From: an uncultured Planctomycetia bacterium | GTDB taxonomy: Bacteria; Omnitrophota; Gorgyraeia; JABMRJ01 | Reading direction: 5' to 3' | Length of the DNA stretch: 58,902 nt | Assembly (NCBI GenBank): GCA_964556455.1 | Contig: CAZKWI010000001.1 | Coordinates: forward strand, 1 to 58,902 | Notes under the pieces: model-generated | The model's database searches: none | What the model was told of the DNA's origin: nothing | The model's input: the letters and a program-made list of their open reading frames with translations, nothing else | In this document: positions 42,701-57,700 of the stretch, one piece after another | Numbering within the stretch: the first letter of the stretch is position 1 | Layout: each line of letters starts with the position of its first letter | Translations under genes and position numbers: made by a program

Positions 42701-45700
42701 AGAAGGTTACCACCGTTCCCGCGAAGCCCCCGAAGTTCCGGGGCACTGTTTGCGGCTGGGTATCCCTTTCGCTTGCGCGATCCACATCCCACTCCAGCTC
42801 TACCTTCACGGTCATATCGTTCTCCTGCGCGCCCAATATCTCCTCCTGCAGGAAGGTTACAAGATCCGTATATCCTTGTCCATCATTATAGTCGGATGAG
42901 GCGTAGTCGGGTGACTCGCCGTATACAAGTCTGCGGATCTCTATATACCCCTCGAGATACCTTACCGCTATGCCCATAGTGGTGCTGTTAAGGTTGGTCA
43001 TCTGGCCCTGGAGCCACTCTCTGGCGTTCGCTATCCCGGCGTTATATCCCTTGATAGCATCGAGCTCCTGGTCTATTATGCCGGGCGTCTTAGCGCGCCA
43101 TGTCTCATCGCTTCTCTGGCCTGCCTGCATCCTCTCTTCCAGGCTCCTGTAAGGTTCGCCGCCGCCTCTGCAGCCGTATATGGCGCCCCTCCAGGTCTCA
43201 AGGGCCTGGTTCAGTTTGGCGTAGTACCAGCAGAGCGCGTCGTACAGGTACTCAGGCAAGGCGTCATCCAGCATCCCGTTATTATCCACCGTCTGGCCGT
43301 CCGCGCCTATAGGCGTATCCGCGAGATCCCACTCTTCTACAATCTCCTGTATAGAGGTATATACACGGCCGGCGGAGTTTGTGCTGTTTATTATCTGGAG
43401 GAACTCATCGTTCGCCCTGTCTATGGAGCCTATGAGTATCCTGTAAATCTGCTTGCGGCTGCGCTGTATCCTGTTCCACACCCGCGTGAAATCTCCTACC
43501 ATATTGTTGTATATCGTTTGCATCTCAGTGACAACAGTATCATAGGAGTCAAACAGGCTCGTTAAAGCGTTTTCCGCCGTGTCCCTGGCTATTCCCACCA
43601 CATCTTCCATGAGTATCGGCGAGAGATACGGGGTGGCGATTATGCTGGCCGCGCGGTCGACTCTCGCGGTGCGCTCATCTATCATCTTTTGTTTTTTGGC
43701 AGTACCCAGAACGCCGGGGTCATACACCCCGTTTTTGAATACCCCGGGGGTACCGGCGCCTTCCACGCTGATCACAGGCGGCACATACGAAGTAACGCCT
43801 TCATCTGTGAACGCGTCAGGCCCGACAGCGTAAGGTTCATCATGGTTGCCCGGGTTGCGGAGGTTCTCTATAACAGTGTCCCCTTCGTAATCATGCGTTG
43901 ATTTTGATATCGCAATATCCCTGAGGATCACGGCCCCCGGGCCGGGAGCGGTAGCTGTGCCGGGCGGATCGATCTCGCCGTTACCGTCGCCATCGCCGTA
44001 ATAAACGAGCCCGCCTGTCGGGTCGTAGGCGTTAGGCGTATCTTCATTGTCCGTCTCCGGGTCTTTCCACTGGCCGCCCCTTACGGGGTTTACGGCGTCC
44101 CGGTACTTTTCAGTATAGATATCGCTTACATCGGTCCTGTACGCCGCTTCTGCGCTGCCTATGCCTTTATCTATAAGGCGGTTTCCGTCGTCAGGAGGGA
44201 CAGGATCTTCTACGTCGGGTTCGGGTATGATCTCGTAAAAGCCGCTGGTTTCATTTTGACGGTCTATATATCTTCTGTAAGTCCCGCCCCTTACCCCTTT
44301 CCACGCATCCAGCTCGTTATTTATAGCCGTGTTTTTGGGTTTCCGCAGGTTATAGAGCTCGGCCTGGTTGTAACTGCTGATATCGTACGTATAATGAGCC
44401 TCAGAACTATCAGCCCAATCATTACCGTGTCCGGGACAATCATACATTCCCAGCTCGGTTTCGCAGTTTGGCGTTCTCTTGTTCTCATCGGTTGTGTCGG
44501 TCCGCCAGCCGTCATACTTCTCCCAGAAATCCGAAAACTTTTCGCCCAAAGAGTAATAGTCAAAATTGAATACGCACAGCAGATCTTCAAATGTTTGTTC
44601 CCACCCGGCCCCGCTCTCATATTCCGACTCGGTTATCGTAAGGTCGAAAGTAAAAACACCCCAGTTGGTCCTGTTGAAGTCATCGCCGGTCCTGCTCCTG
44701 ATCTCCCAGTCGCCTTCATTGTGCGTACCGAGCAGGTCGCCTGCTTCATTGTAACAGTAAACTTCAACGCCTTCCCAGGTGTGGTTTTCCTCCGTTAACG
44801 CGCCCACTACGCTGCTATAAAGAGCTTCGTAGAAATCATCCGCCACGAAATCATACCATGTATTGTCCGCGTCGCGGATAGCCTTCATCTTCTTGGCGTA
44901 GGCGCCTTTTCTGGCGAGAGTCACGGCAGTGTCGAGATCGCCCGCTATGTCGCTGAATATGCTGTTTGAGGCGAGCTCCAGGATATCCCTCTCTATCCCC
45001 ATGACATCATCCATGCTGCCCGTAGGGGCAAGCAGGCTGTGGCCCCAGGGCTCGGTGGAGCTTATCATATGCTCGCCCAGCATCTTGTCGCGCAGGGTCT
45101 TTGAGACGGTATCCGCGCCTGACCTGCAGGCTTCAGCCTCAGACCTGAATTCGGCAAGGCCTGAAGGAATAGGAGAGTTTATGTCGCTATCGTAATCGGC
45201 CGAACCCATTATCCTGTAGAACGCGTTCCTTGCCTTGGCCCACCTGCTCAGCTGGTCTATAGTGCCGTCATCGTTTGTGTCTACGCCCTCCTTGAGCTTC
45301 TCCTTTTCCGCATCAAAGACATCGCCTGGGGTCGCGTCCGGGTTGCCGTCGAGTATTTCCGCTATCGAGTGTGCGAGCTTCTGTTCCAGCAGTTCGAGCG
45401 CGTCTTCATACACGTGCTTTTCAAAATCATACCCTCTCTGCGCTATCTCCTTTATCATCGCTTCAAGTTCGTCCACGTGGTCGTCCAGTTTGTTCTTTAT
45501 GATGTTCTGGGTGGCTACGAAGTCGTCCTCTACCATCTCCTGTGCCGTCTCGTAGCGCTCCCTTGCCGCCCTGTATTCAGCGTTAATGGCGGCCGCATCA
45601 GGCAGGATGTTGCCGGGAGTGTTCACTTCTGAATAGCCGCCGCTGAACGCGGTGACCAGGTCGCCAAACTCGGTCCATACCGTGCTTATCAGCGTCCTGA

Positions 45701-48700
45701 GCGCGGTCACAAAGGCCTCGAGTTCCGTTTCGGTTATCGGCGGTTCATCCGTGCCCATACCATAATCAGAGGGCCTGAATCCTTTCCGGAAGGCCTCCAG
45801 CTGTTTTTCATATATTAGGAGTTTACTCGCATCCGACTCCGCGTTAAGGTTCCACGCGAGTATCTCCTGCAGGGTAGACGTGCTTAACGGCCGGATATTA
45901 TCTGTCCCGCGGAAGGTATCCAGCGCTGCCGCAACATCGGTCTCGAACGTCGAAAGGGCGTTCTGCATTGAGGTGCACACGCCGCCCGGGCCTATAAGGT
46001 TGTCCCTTATCCTCTCCACCTCGGTCTTGAGCTCGTCTGTCTCATCTATGAGTTTCTGCCAGGTCTCGGTTATCGCGGTCCTGTAATCTGCTTCCGTTCC
46101 CAGGAGGTCAGCGGTTATCTCGCCAAGGGTCGTATCTTTAAGGACGCCCAGGAGCGCTGTTAATTCCGCCTGCTGTGTAACATCTCCCAGATTTTCATAT
46201 AATACATTGAGGTCGTCTATGATAGCCTGTATGCAGTCCTTAAGGTCCTGCACGTGTGTATCCCAGTCCACGCTTTCCAGCAGGCCGACTATGCCGTTAT
46301 CAGCGGTGTCGTCCATCATTTCCTCAAACTCATCGAGCATCGCTTGTTTCTCGTCTCTGAACGACTGGAGCATAAGCGTCAGGTCGGTTGACGCGTTTCC
46401 TTCGCCGTCTACAAGCCCGTCCAGGTAGTTGCCGTAGGTCTCGAGCGACTGGAGCAGTGACTCGAAGATCTCATCATCCCAGCTCCAAGACCCGCTGCCG
46501 TAATTTTCGGATATTATCCACTCCATCATATGTTCCTGGTAGGTCTCGTTCCCGGCCCCGTCAGTGATAACGCCGTTTAAGTACTCTATGATCTGGCTGC
46601 TGTACGGGAGTATGGCGTCGCTGTAATACTGGACCCAAGCGTCGTCCACTTCATCCGTGTGCGCAAGGAGCCCTTCCAGTGTAGTCGAGTAGTGGTCAAG
46701 GAAGGCCTGGAGCATATCGTTGTTCAGCTGATCCCTGCTCTCCCAGAATGGAGTCTCGTCGTAACCCCTCAGCGTATCCGTAACAAGACTGCCGTAAAGC
46801 GTGCTTCTGTCATTGTACCAGTGATCCCACTCGGTGGTTGAGATGGTGTCGTACCTGGTAGCTATGGCCGGCGACCACGGTGAGCCCAGGACATCATCGT
46901 ACGGACGGGTGACCTTCAGCTTATCCTCTGATGTGAAGCTTATGCCGTCCGCATCATGCGAAACCTTGATGACCCCGAACCCGTCGTCGATTATCTCATA
47001 CAACACCCAGCCGCCCGACTCTTCGCCTTCGCCGTTGGGATAATCTTCATCCCATCTGTATTTCCAGGTCTGCTCCATGGACATTGCGATCTGGCCGCCG
47101 TCCCCGGAGCTTCCGCCGCTGTCATCCTTAGGCACTATATACCAGATCACCGTCCTCTTGTCGCCATCATCATTGACGCCGTTGCCGTTAACGTCGGTGA
47201 TATTGACCGAGTGGACGTAATCGCTCCCCGGGACGGACGCGTGCTTCCTGGTATCTTCCAGCTTTATGAACTTCCCGTGCTTTGAGGTTATAACAAGCTC
47301 GCCTTCGATGCGGGCCTGCGTATTAGGCCTCAAATAGCGCGTGCGGATATAGCTGGGGGCCCATGCGGTGCCGAACTGGCCCTGCCATGCGGCGATGAGC
47401 TCCTGCCTGTCCGGGCTTGGCGGGAGGGAGCGGAGCGTGTTTGACCCGTCTTCGAAGCACGGGCCGTTCTCTCTCTTATTGACAAGCCACGGCCTGTAGG
47501 CGTATTCGATAGTGGTGCTCACCTGCTGGTCGCCGGTAACAACGGTTTCGGTCTTGTGCATGGAGACTTGCAGGGCTACAAGCTCCTGGATCTTGTAGCC
47601 CCATTCGTTGATCTGTTTGAGCCTGCCGTCACTGTCGTATTCTGTCTTTATAAGGCTTTCGGCCTGCATCCAGGTAGTGCCGGCGCCGGGGAGGGTTCCA
47701 CTGGGGGTATATTTGTATTCAAAGGTATGCTTTATGCTCCTCGTGGGCAGGCCGTTCGTGTACTCTGTGATCTCGTCGTATTCCACGCGCTCGTTGGTAT
47801 CGGGGTTGTGCACGGCGGTCCTGTAGCGGCCTTTTGTCAAAGAGTGGGTGGGCAGGCCGCGCCAGTCATAATAGGTATGCTTGTCATACTCTACAGTAGC
47901 CGGCGTGGTTATTACGGAGCCACCTTGTTCCCAGACGCTCTTCGGGGCTCCCCAGGTCTTCCTGCCGGCCTGCGGGTCGTTTTCGGGCGCGTTGCTCGGC
48001 GTGGCGTAGGTGGTGATGCTCGTTGACCAGCCGCCCTGTGAAGGCAGGTTTACATAGCCGGGTGCGTTCATGCTCGTACTCGCCTGCACAGGCTCCCCGT
48101 CATTATAGGTGGTCATCGTCCTGTTAATGGACCTTACCCTCTTATTTATATTGTCGAATAGGCAGCTTATGTTTATGGTGCTCGAAAGCTCGTCATTGGC
48201 GAATGTGCTGTAGGTCATTGCGACGGACCTCTGTCCAAGAAGAGCCAGCTCGTCCGCGTCCAACTCGTCCGTCTTCGGCAACATCCTCCATATGGGGTTG
48301 TTCGCGTCAGGCGCCAGGTAATCCTGCCGCACAGCCCTCCAGCCTATTTCTGTGTTTCCGGCGTTCACCCTCCACTCTATATTGAAGGCGGATTTCTTCT
48401 CGCCCGGCGTAGTGCTTGCGGTATCATGATAGTATGACTCTGACTCGTAATACATGTCACCGCTCGGGACCTTCTTCGTGCCGTTAAAGCCGTAATTCTG
48501 GCCTCTCGTATATGTATATATAACATTTCCAAGCTTATAAATAGTATATGACGGTGCTATCAGGTCGTCCGTGTCATCCAGGCCTATATCGTCTTTTACT
48601 TCGCTCGTAAGGCGCTGGTCCCTGCTGTAGCTCCTGTTGTAACAGCCGGTAGTCTGGTCTGTGAGGGTTTTGGTGATCTTGGGGTCGCCTATATGGTTGC

Positions 48701-51700
48701 CGTCATTATCCGACACAGCGCCGGCCGGCATATCGGCAGCAGTGTAATACTCGGTAATATCTTTCGACTCGCCGCTCCTGAAGCCGGCCCTGGAGTAGCT
48801 GATACGCGTCGTGGTGGCTTTAGTTGGGTCGTTCTTGTCATATTCGGTATCGGCATAGCTCGTGCCGCTTATGCCCTTAGGCACCATGAAGTCTTTGGGG
48901 TCCTGAGGGGGGTTCGCAGGGTCGAAATCGTCCCAGTCTATGAAACTGCCGGTGCCGTCATTGCCCTTGAAGGGCCTTAGCTCCTCGCCGCTGTCCCAGG
49001 CTGTATTGAAGTCTGTCTCAAACTGCTCTATAGAGCTGATATCGAATGTAAGGTCTGAGGATATCGGGTAGCTTTCTTGAGGGGTTAAGTTCAATATATA
49101 GTGGTGTGTCGCTGTATCGACTCCGCCGCCTGATTGGATCATGAGAGGGTAGAAATTAAAGACTACCGGGTTGAAATGGTCGGCTGCCCAGGCCGGATCG
49201 AAGAAGCCCGCGGGCCTTGTCGCGGGGATGTCTTCGCCATTCATAGCGCCCCTTGTGCGGTTGGCCGCGTCTACGCCGCTTTCCGTCTCAGTGCCCAGCG
49301 ACCTGTTGTACGATATGGTGAATGTCTTCGAAGCCTCTACATCTTCTACAGCGCCCTTGGGATCGGAGGTGGATTCGGTTATATACTTCGTGAGGGTTAC
49401 GCTGTCGTGCATTTTGTGGCTATCGTGCTTATCCACACCCTCTTCCCACCTTACTGACTGCTCCTGCCAGCCTTTTTCATTGAACCTCGTCTCGGTGTAA
49501 TAATATCCTGTATTTTTTGACACCCCTCCGATAAGGTACTTATGGAACATCTTGCCGGACCCCTGAGAGTACATCGCGGTATCGAACACTATGTTAAAGG
49601 TGGTCCTCGTATAATATTCAGCGGTTTTGTTGCTGGTATATCTGTCATAGGACATACCCTCTGTCTCGGTCTTCTCAAGCTGGCCCCACTCGTTGTATTT
49701 GCTGAAGGCATAGCTGTTTCCTACAGTGGCGCCGTTGTACCTGTCCTTGCTTATAGTATCGGTCTCTGACTTACTTATGATGCCCCAGTCGCTGGTAAAT
49801 TCGTTTATTGTCGTATAGGTGCCGGTGGCCGTCTGGGTGTGGCGGTCTACGGTATCGCCGTTCGTGACGCTTTTTATCACTGTGCCGTAGTTATCTATAT
49901 GGCCCTGGGCCTTGTCGGATATGGTGGTGTAGCTGCCTGTGCGGACAGGCATGGGGCTGCCTCCGTCATCATTTACGATATGCTTGTCATAGCTTATGCC
50001 CGTAGTCTGCGTCTTTCTTAAAATACCGCGGTCGGTAAACCAGCTTATGGTGGTGTAGTCGCCCACCTTGTTTTCGGTGAACTTGTCTTTCGTGGTGCCC
50101 TTTGTCACGTTCTTCTTGACCGTGCCGTACTTGTCGATCTCGGTCGCTGTTTCGTCCTCAATTTCCTGGGCTTCTGCTTTATACCCGCTGCCCATCTCAC
50201 CCGCATTCCAGTTTGCCTCATCCAGCACATTCCAGCTTGCCGCGCTGTTTTTGGCGATAGTCATGTATTCCGCTATAGGATCCTTCGTATAATCATATTC
50301 ATCTGAACCCGTCCCGGGTATCAGGCCCCATGTATAGCCCTTGGTGCATGTATTCTGCATAACGCCAAACCGCTTCTGAAAGTTGTTATACGTATAATAC
50401 GTACCTATATTTGGCCCGCAAAGTTCGTCTATCCAGGGGTCTCTATCGGTGCTCTTGCCTATCAACATGTTGTCGTGCGTATCCAGGCCAACCTTGTAAT
50501 TACGGCCTTCTGTGTATGATTTTTCTATCACGCCGAATTCAGTTATATAACCGCCGGTTATATCGGTCTTGTATGTACCGCTTACATTGTAGTTCTTGTG
50601 GCCGCTGGTGGCGGCCTTCTCTTTAACGTAGCTGGCGCCGACAGTATGCTGCTCTTCCAGGTAGCCCCATTTGCTGTTCTTAGCCAGCGTCCTGTATTCG
50701 CCTGTTATGTTCGCGCCTTTTTTGGAATTGCCTATTGTAAATACGCGCTCTACTATGCCGTACTGGCTTATCTTGCCGAGCTTGTCGTTGCCGGTGGCGG
50801 CGATCTCTTCCTGTATATCGCTCCACAGCCAGTTCGAGATATCCTGCGGGTCCTGCACATAAACGGCGTCGACATTCGCGAAGCTCCAGTATGTACCGGT
50901 CACCGCGGTAAGCTCGTGGCCGTAGTTCCTCCCGTGCGTTATCTGGCTCTCCAGTATGCCCCAATGCTCGTTATTGTTGTTCCTTGTGACATATTCGCTT
51001 GTTATGTCGCCGTTCTCGCCGCGGCAGGAGTTGCCTATGGTCACGCTGTTCTTCACCACGCCCCAGTCGGTTATCTCGCCAAGGGCCGGAGCGGTTATGA
51101 TGCTCCTCACCCATGGCTGTGAGGTGTTGTAGAGGGCGAGGCTGGTAAGCTCGTTAAACTCGATGCCCGCGTAGCTCTCGTATTTGCCGCCTATATCCTT
51201 GGCCGCGTTCACGTACGTCCTGCCGCAGGTGTACTGCTTATCCAGCATGCCCCAGTTATTATTCCTGTTCTGCGTTATGTATTCGCCTGTCGTCACGTAA
51301 TCCGGAGTAGCGGACGATGTATCGCCGCGTAAAGACCTGCCCAATGTCACCGACTCGGTAACGACGCCCCAGCTGTCGCGCCTTCCAAGGACAACCACAG
51401 GCGGCGTATCCGTATTTGTATATTTCAGCTCGTCTATCCTGGTGCTAAGCCACGGCGTGATATTGCCGCCCCAGAGGGTCGCGGGGCTTTCCCAGTTCAC
51501 ATAGGTCAGGTACTCGCCGCTTATAGTGTCTTCCCTGTTATCCGTCGCGTAACTCTTTCCGTGGGTGTAGCTCTTATGGAATGTGCCCCAGTCCGTATTA
51601 TGGCTCTGGGTTACATATTCGCCGGTCACGACAACATTGGCTCCGGCGTCCGGGTGCTGGGAATTACCCAGGGTCACCGACTTCTTGATTATTCCCCAGT

Positions 51701-54700
51701 CGTTCACTTCTCCGAGCTTGTCGTTGGCGTCCTTGAGGCTGGTCAGTTCCGTCTGTGCCCATGGGGCTATTTCGCCTGCCGGCGCGTTAAACGGCCAATT
51801 ACCGAACGGGTTTGCCGCCGTAGGCCCGGGATAATCGCTTTCCACATAAGTTATGTACTCTCCGGCAAAATCATTGTTCCTGTTAACTCCTAGATAGCTT
51901 CTGCCGTATGTCTCCTGTTCCTTCAGTATGCCCCAGGCGGTGTTTATGGTCTCTGTCACGTATTCGCCGGTTATCTTCGTGCCTGCCCCTATGCCGTGGC
52001 GTGAATTACCTGTGGTGACGGAGCTCTTCACAGTGCCCCACTTGTCTATCTCGCCCCATTTGCCGGCGTTCTTCAGGCCCGCGAGCTTTGCCACCAACCA
52101 TCCCGGTTTAGGGGCAGGGCCAAATGGGTCATCCACAAAGAGAGAGTCCTGGCAATATATATCGTCTGTTACATCATCAAGCTCGGTGTCATCGATGCCG
52201 GCGGCCGTTTCGTACTCGCCTCCTACAGCAGGGTCGGGATTATTGTTGTTCACATATGTCTTGCCCTGGGTATGTTGTCTATTAAGGACGCCCCATATCG
52301 TGTTAAAGGCGTTCGTTATATACTCTCCTGTCACATCCCCGCCTGCGCCGTGGCGCGAGTTGCCGAATGTTACGCTCTGCGTAGCAGTGCCCCACTGGTC
52401 TACCTGGCCCAATGTATTCAGGCGTCCCGCAGCCGGCATTGTCATGTCTGGTGTGCGCATAGCCAAAAGCCTGGTGTTTGTCCATGAATGCTTCCTGTTG
52501 GGATATACGCTGCTTATTGCGGGTACATTTGCAAGGTCTATATTCACGAAGGTCTCATATTCGCCGCTTACGTCCTTATTGAGGTTCGCATAGCTCTTGC
52601 CGTGGGTAAACTGGTTGCTCAGAATACCCCAGTCGTTATTATTCGCCAGGGTAAGGTATTCGCCGGTTATTTCATCTGTCGGGTCGCCTGCGTCATTCTG
52701 GTGGCCGTGGCGGGAGTTGCCTATGGTCACCGACTGCTGGACGCTGCCCCATCTGTCCACGCCTCCGAGAGTATTGACCGTGCCGCCTGTCCTGGGCGTG
52801 AGGGCCGCGTTGGCCATCGTCTGGAGCCACGGTGTCAGCCCGGAAGGCGGTGTCCTGTCCACATAAGTAATGTATTCCCCTGATATCTTTAGCGCAAGAG
52901 CCGCGGGAGGGGTGCCTATCCTCGCATAGGTCTTGCCCTCTGTGTGCTGGTTGTGCAGTACTCCCCAGGCGCTGTTGTTGGATGTGGTGATATATTCGCC
53001 TGTAACTTCGTTAGGAGTAAATGCGGGGGCGGGGTTTAACCCGCGGCAGGACTGGCCGAGCGTTATACTCTGTTCTACAACGCCCCACTGGTTCACTCTA
53101 CCGAGCGTGCCGCCTGTTAGCGCCGCGAACGCCGCTCCGTCATTTCCGCCCCAGCAAGCTGCCGCGCCTCTTATCCATAAATGTTCAGAAGCATTATAAA
53201 TTGAAGTCGCGGGAAGCGCGATAGGATCAATATTGGCGAATGTTTCATAGGTTCCGTTCACGAGTATGTTGCCTGTAGTCAGGTCGCGCGAATAGTTCTT
53301 TCCTATTGTATATTGGTTTGTGAGCGTACCCCAGTTGTTATTATTGGCTACGGTGATATATTCGCCTGTCTTCTGAGCCACGGTGCCGCGCATCGATCTG
53401 CCTACAGTTATAGTCTTTGTCACAGTGCCCCAATTATTTATCACACCATAGCCACCCATGTCAGGAAAGAGAGGATGCGCCCTGGCCCATGGCTCGAAGG
53501 GCGACGGCAATCCTCCGGCTTCACCGGCGAACGGGTTGCCGCCAGGCGCAGCCGGATTGTGCGCCCACGACAGGTATCCGCCTGTAAGGAGCGGCATCGG
53601 CAGGGCCGCGCTGTTCCACATGCGTGTCCTGCCTGTTGTTTTCTGGTTGAGCAGAATCCCCCAGGTGTCGTTATTTGAAACTGTGAAGTATTCGGCTGTA
53701 ATGGAGCCTGTCTGGTTTCCGCCGGCTGTGAAGTTGCCGCGGATGGAATTTCCTATGGTGACTGTCTTTCTTATATCTCCCCACGCGCCGATATCGCCGA
53801 ATGTCCCGGCTGTCAACAATGCCGCCACATCGCCCCCCAAGACGCCTAAGCCGGTCATGAGCCAACCTGTAGTATTTGAATCGGCTGTGCGCACCCTCGT
53901 GCCGCCGCCCGATCCGAGGTAAGTATCCAGCCGGAAATCAGGTGTCCCCGGTGCGCCGGCTCCTCCGGGGGCGCAGTTAGCGTATGTGACATACTCGCCG
54001 CCTATGTCATTACTGTCGTTGGTGTATGTTATGCCCGCTGTGATCTGGGCCTGGAGTATATTATCGGTGAAGGCTGCGAGTCCCAGATAATCCGACCATG
54101 TTATATATTCGCCTGTTATGGGGCCGGTCCGGCCGCGGCGGGACCTTCCTATGGTAACGGTCTGAAGCACATCGCCGGATGGGCCTATGCGCCCCAACAC
54201 CGGGGCGCCGGGTATCAATACTCTGAAGGCCCTCCGCAGCATATTCCTGACCCAGTCGGTGCCGTTCGTTATGGGGCCGCGTCCCGCGAAGGTGTCGTAT
54301 TCGCCGGTCACGGACTTCGCGGCGTCTGAATATGATTTTCCGTGTGTATGCTGTTCTCCCAGGACGCCGTAGTCGCTGTTGGTCGATACCGTTACATATT
54401 CGCCTGTTATCTCGTTGGGATTCCCGGCGCCGTCCAGGTGTCGGAAAGACGCTCCTATAGTAACAGATTTGTCCACGGTCCCGCCTGTGACCGTGCCGCA
54501 CCTTCCCCCGCCGTTACCGTGAGCGGTCGCCATAGCCGTCACCCAGGGCGCATACCCTGCGCCGACTATCTGTGAATTCACAAGCGTCTGGTATCTGCCA
54601 ACCACTACCCTGGTGCCGAAGGGGTTGATTGTGGTCGAATACGAGTAAGACTCGCCTATAGTGCGCTGTGACATAAGCGTATTCCAGTTGTTATTGTTCG

Positions 54701-57700
54701 TCTCTGTAATGTATACGCTTGACGTATCGGGATTTGGCACGCCGCCCGCAGATCCGCGGCAGGATATGCCTATCGTAACCGACTGCAATATAGTGCCGTA
54801 TACAGGATCAACTATGCCGTAAGTCTGTTGCCCGGGCGGGCCCGAAAGGAATCCGGCCAGCGTAGCTGTGAACCATGCGGGCGCTCCGTTAGGATCAGGA
54901 GTTAAAGAGCCGAATTCTCCACCCGGAGGAGGTATATTGGCGAAGGTCCAGTAGCGGCCCATTATCTGAGCGCCCATTCCCAAGCTGGATATATTGCTTC
55001 CCCTTGTTTCCTGATTATTCAATACGCCAAAGGGATTATTGTTGCTAATTGTAACATACTCACCTGCAATGCTGGCCCCTCCTCCTCCCGCTCCGAAGGC
55101 GTTCGTGTTACCGTAAGTGACGCTCTGGAGAATAGTTCCCCAGGCGTCTATGTTACCAGCCGCTGCAGGCACAAAGGCGCGCGTCCACCCCGCGTCCGTG
55201 AAACCAGGAATGTTTGCTACGCCGAAAAAGTTGTTAGTTGCGGTCCAGTATTGGCCACCTACAGCCCCTCCCAAGTTAAGGTATGACTGGCCGTGGGTCT
55301 GCTGGTCCATCAAAATACCCCATCGCGTATTCTGGGATACCGTTATATATTCACCGCTTACGACACCGTTCTTGCCTATGGAGTTACCTACGGTTATCGA
55401 CTGCTGCACTGTTCCCCATTGATCGATATAGCCTATTGTAGCCCTCCCTGCCGGAAAGCCACCGCCTATATCAGCGTTGATCATACCTATTGCCCATCCA
55501 TTCGCAGTACCCAGGTCCGCATTTATGAATGCGCGGTCGACAAACCCCTGGGACGGCCTGTTCGTGACAAGCCCCGGTAAGAACGGATCGTAAGCGAATG
55601 TCCAGTACCTGCCGTTCACAGTGCTGGTGTCCGAGAAATTCACCCCCGCGGTCAGCTGTATCTGGAGGATGCCCCACCTGTTATTGGCGGAGTCGGTGGT
55701 GTAGCGGGATCTTACGGCGCCGCCAGGGCCGTTGGAAAAGCCCACTGTGCGGGTCGCGCGGACAGTGCCCCATGCGTTTATCTGGTTTGTGCCGGTTCCC
55801 GGCACCGGCACGGTCGCGTCCGCTGTAGTGGTATATCCGCCTCCTACGGTGCGGTTTCCGTCGATATACGTCTGGCCGTTGGTCACCTGGAGTATGAGCG
55901 TGCCGCACCTGTTATTGGTCGCTATGGTGGTATATTCGCCTGTCAGGATGAGCTGCCCTGCGGCGCTGCCCCTGAATGTGTCGCCGTAAGTTTCAAGAGA
56001 GCGGACCACTCCGCCTATTATCGATGTCGCGGTCGTGGTATATATGCTTGACAGTTGGGGATTGGCATTGCCGTTTATGTAAGTCTCGCCTCTTGTATTC
56101 TGCGCGGTCAGCGTGCCGTATGGATTGAAGAACGCATTGGTCGTATACCGGCCCGTTACGGCACCGCCTAAGCCCCTCATGGACATGCCGCTTGTAGTGG
56201 TAAGGTCCACCTTGCCGTAATCATCCATGAAGGACTCTGTGAAATAATAGCTGCCCACGTCTCCGGCGTCGTTTACGCGGCCCCAGCCCTCTGTCTCCTG
56301 GAGCGTCATCTTGCCCCAATCGTCGTATACGGCTATCGTCTCATAAGTCCCTGTGGTGGTGGTGCCGTTAACATAAGAGCCTTCTGTCCCTGTAGTCTCT
56401 ACTATTCCCCAGGCGTGAAAACCTGTCGCCACGGTAGTATATCGACTGCCTACCGTTCCGCCTTCATCAACATAACCCACGCCTTCGGTAACCTGCGAGT
56501 TCAGCATGCCGTCCGCGTCGAATTCGGAATCAGTGGTATAACAGCCTGTGACGAATGAATCCGTCAGGATAATATCGTCCCTGGTAAGCGTACCGTCATC
56601 CACTATAAAAGCGCCCGCCGCCACGCTCCAGCCTTCCGTCCGGCTGTCCTGTACAGTGCCCCACTCGCTTATAGTGTTGGGGTCGGCGGTCGTTATATAA
56701 TAGCTGTTTATGCCTGCGCCGGAGTTATAGAAGTTCACGCCTATCGTATTCTGGCTCTCAAGTATGGCTGTAGTCTCGTTAAAAATGGAGCTGGTATGGT
56801 ATTCGCCGGCAGTTATATTGCCCTGGCCCATGTTGTAGCCTTCGGTGTCACTGGCTTTGATAACCCCGTATTCCGATATGTTATCGGAAGTGGCTGTGGT
56901 CAGGTAAATGCTGGCCAATCGCTCTGTGGCGTCTATATAGCTTTCGCCTTCGGTCCTCTGCGAGGTCAGTATTCCACCTGCCTCACTGAAGGTCGAATCT
57001 GTCGTGTACCTGCCTGTTATGGCCGTCCTCGCGCCCCTGTTTGATGTCCCGAGCGTACGGCTGAATGTTACGGTGCCGTATTGGTTGATGTCGTCATTCC
57101 CGTCTTCATTTACGTCCTCCGAGGCGTCCGCAGTAGTGGTATAGGTGCCTACTATAACGCCCGACCTTCCTTCCAGGTATGTAATGCCTTCTGTCTGCTG
57201 GTAGTTCAGCACCCCTGTGTCGGTATTGAATCTGTTATTGGTGGTGTAGTCTCCCGTCTTCTTGGACGCGTCACCGTGCATTGAACAGCCGACCGTCTGC
57301 GAACTTGCTATTACGCCCCACGCCGTTACATCCTGCATTGTTACGGTGGTAGTATACTGCCCTGTAAGCTTGGCGGGCTCGTTCAAAAGATGGCTCCAAC
57401 CCTCGGTGAGCTGCGTCCTGATATGGCCGTAGGAAGGATCGAACGTGCTCGTGGTGGAATAGCGGCCTATGACATTGGTCTCTGTGCCGCGCAGCGAAAG
57501 GCCTCGCGTGGACGAGTCTGTGACCACGTTCGAGTTGTTTATGTCGCCGTTTGCCCTGGTGGAGGTGGTTGTGTATTTTCCGGTAAGCTTTGTCGGCTCT
57601 CCCGCGACGTATGATATGCCTTCAGTTACCTGGCTCAGAAGGTCGCCGGCTATGTTGTAGTCGTTCTCCGTTGTATACTGGCCAGTGGCCTTGCTCGGGT

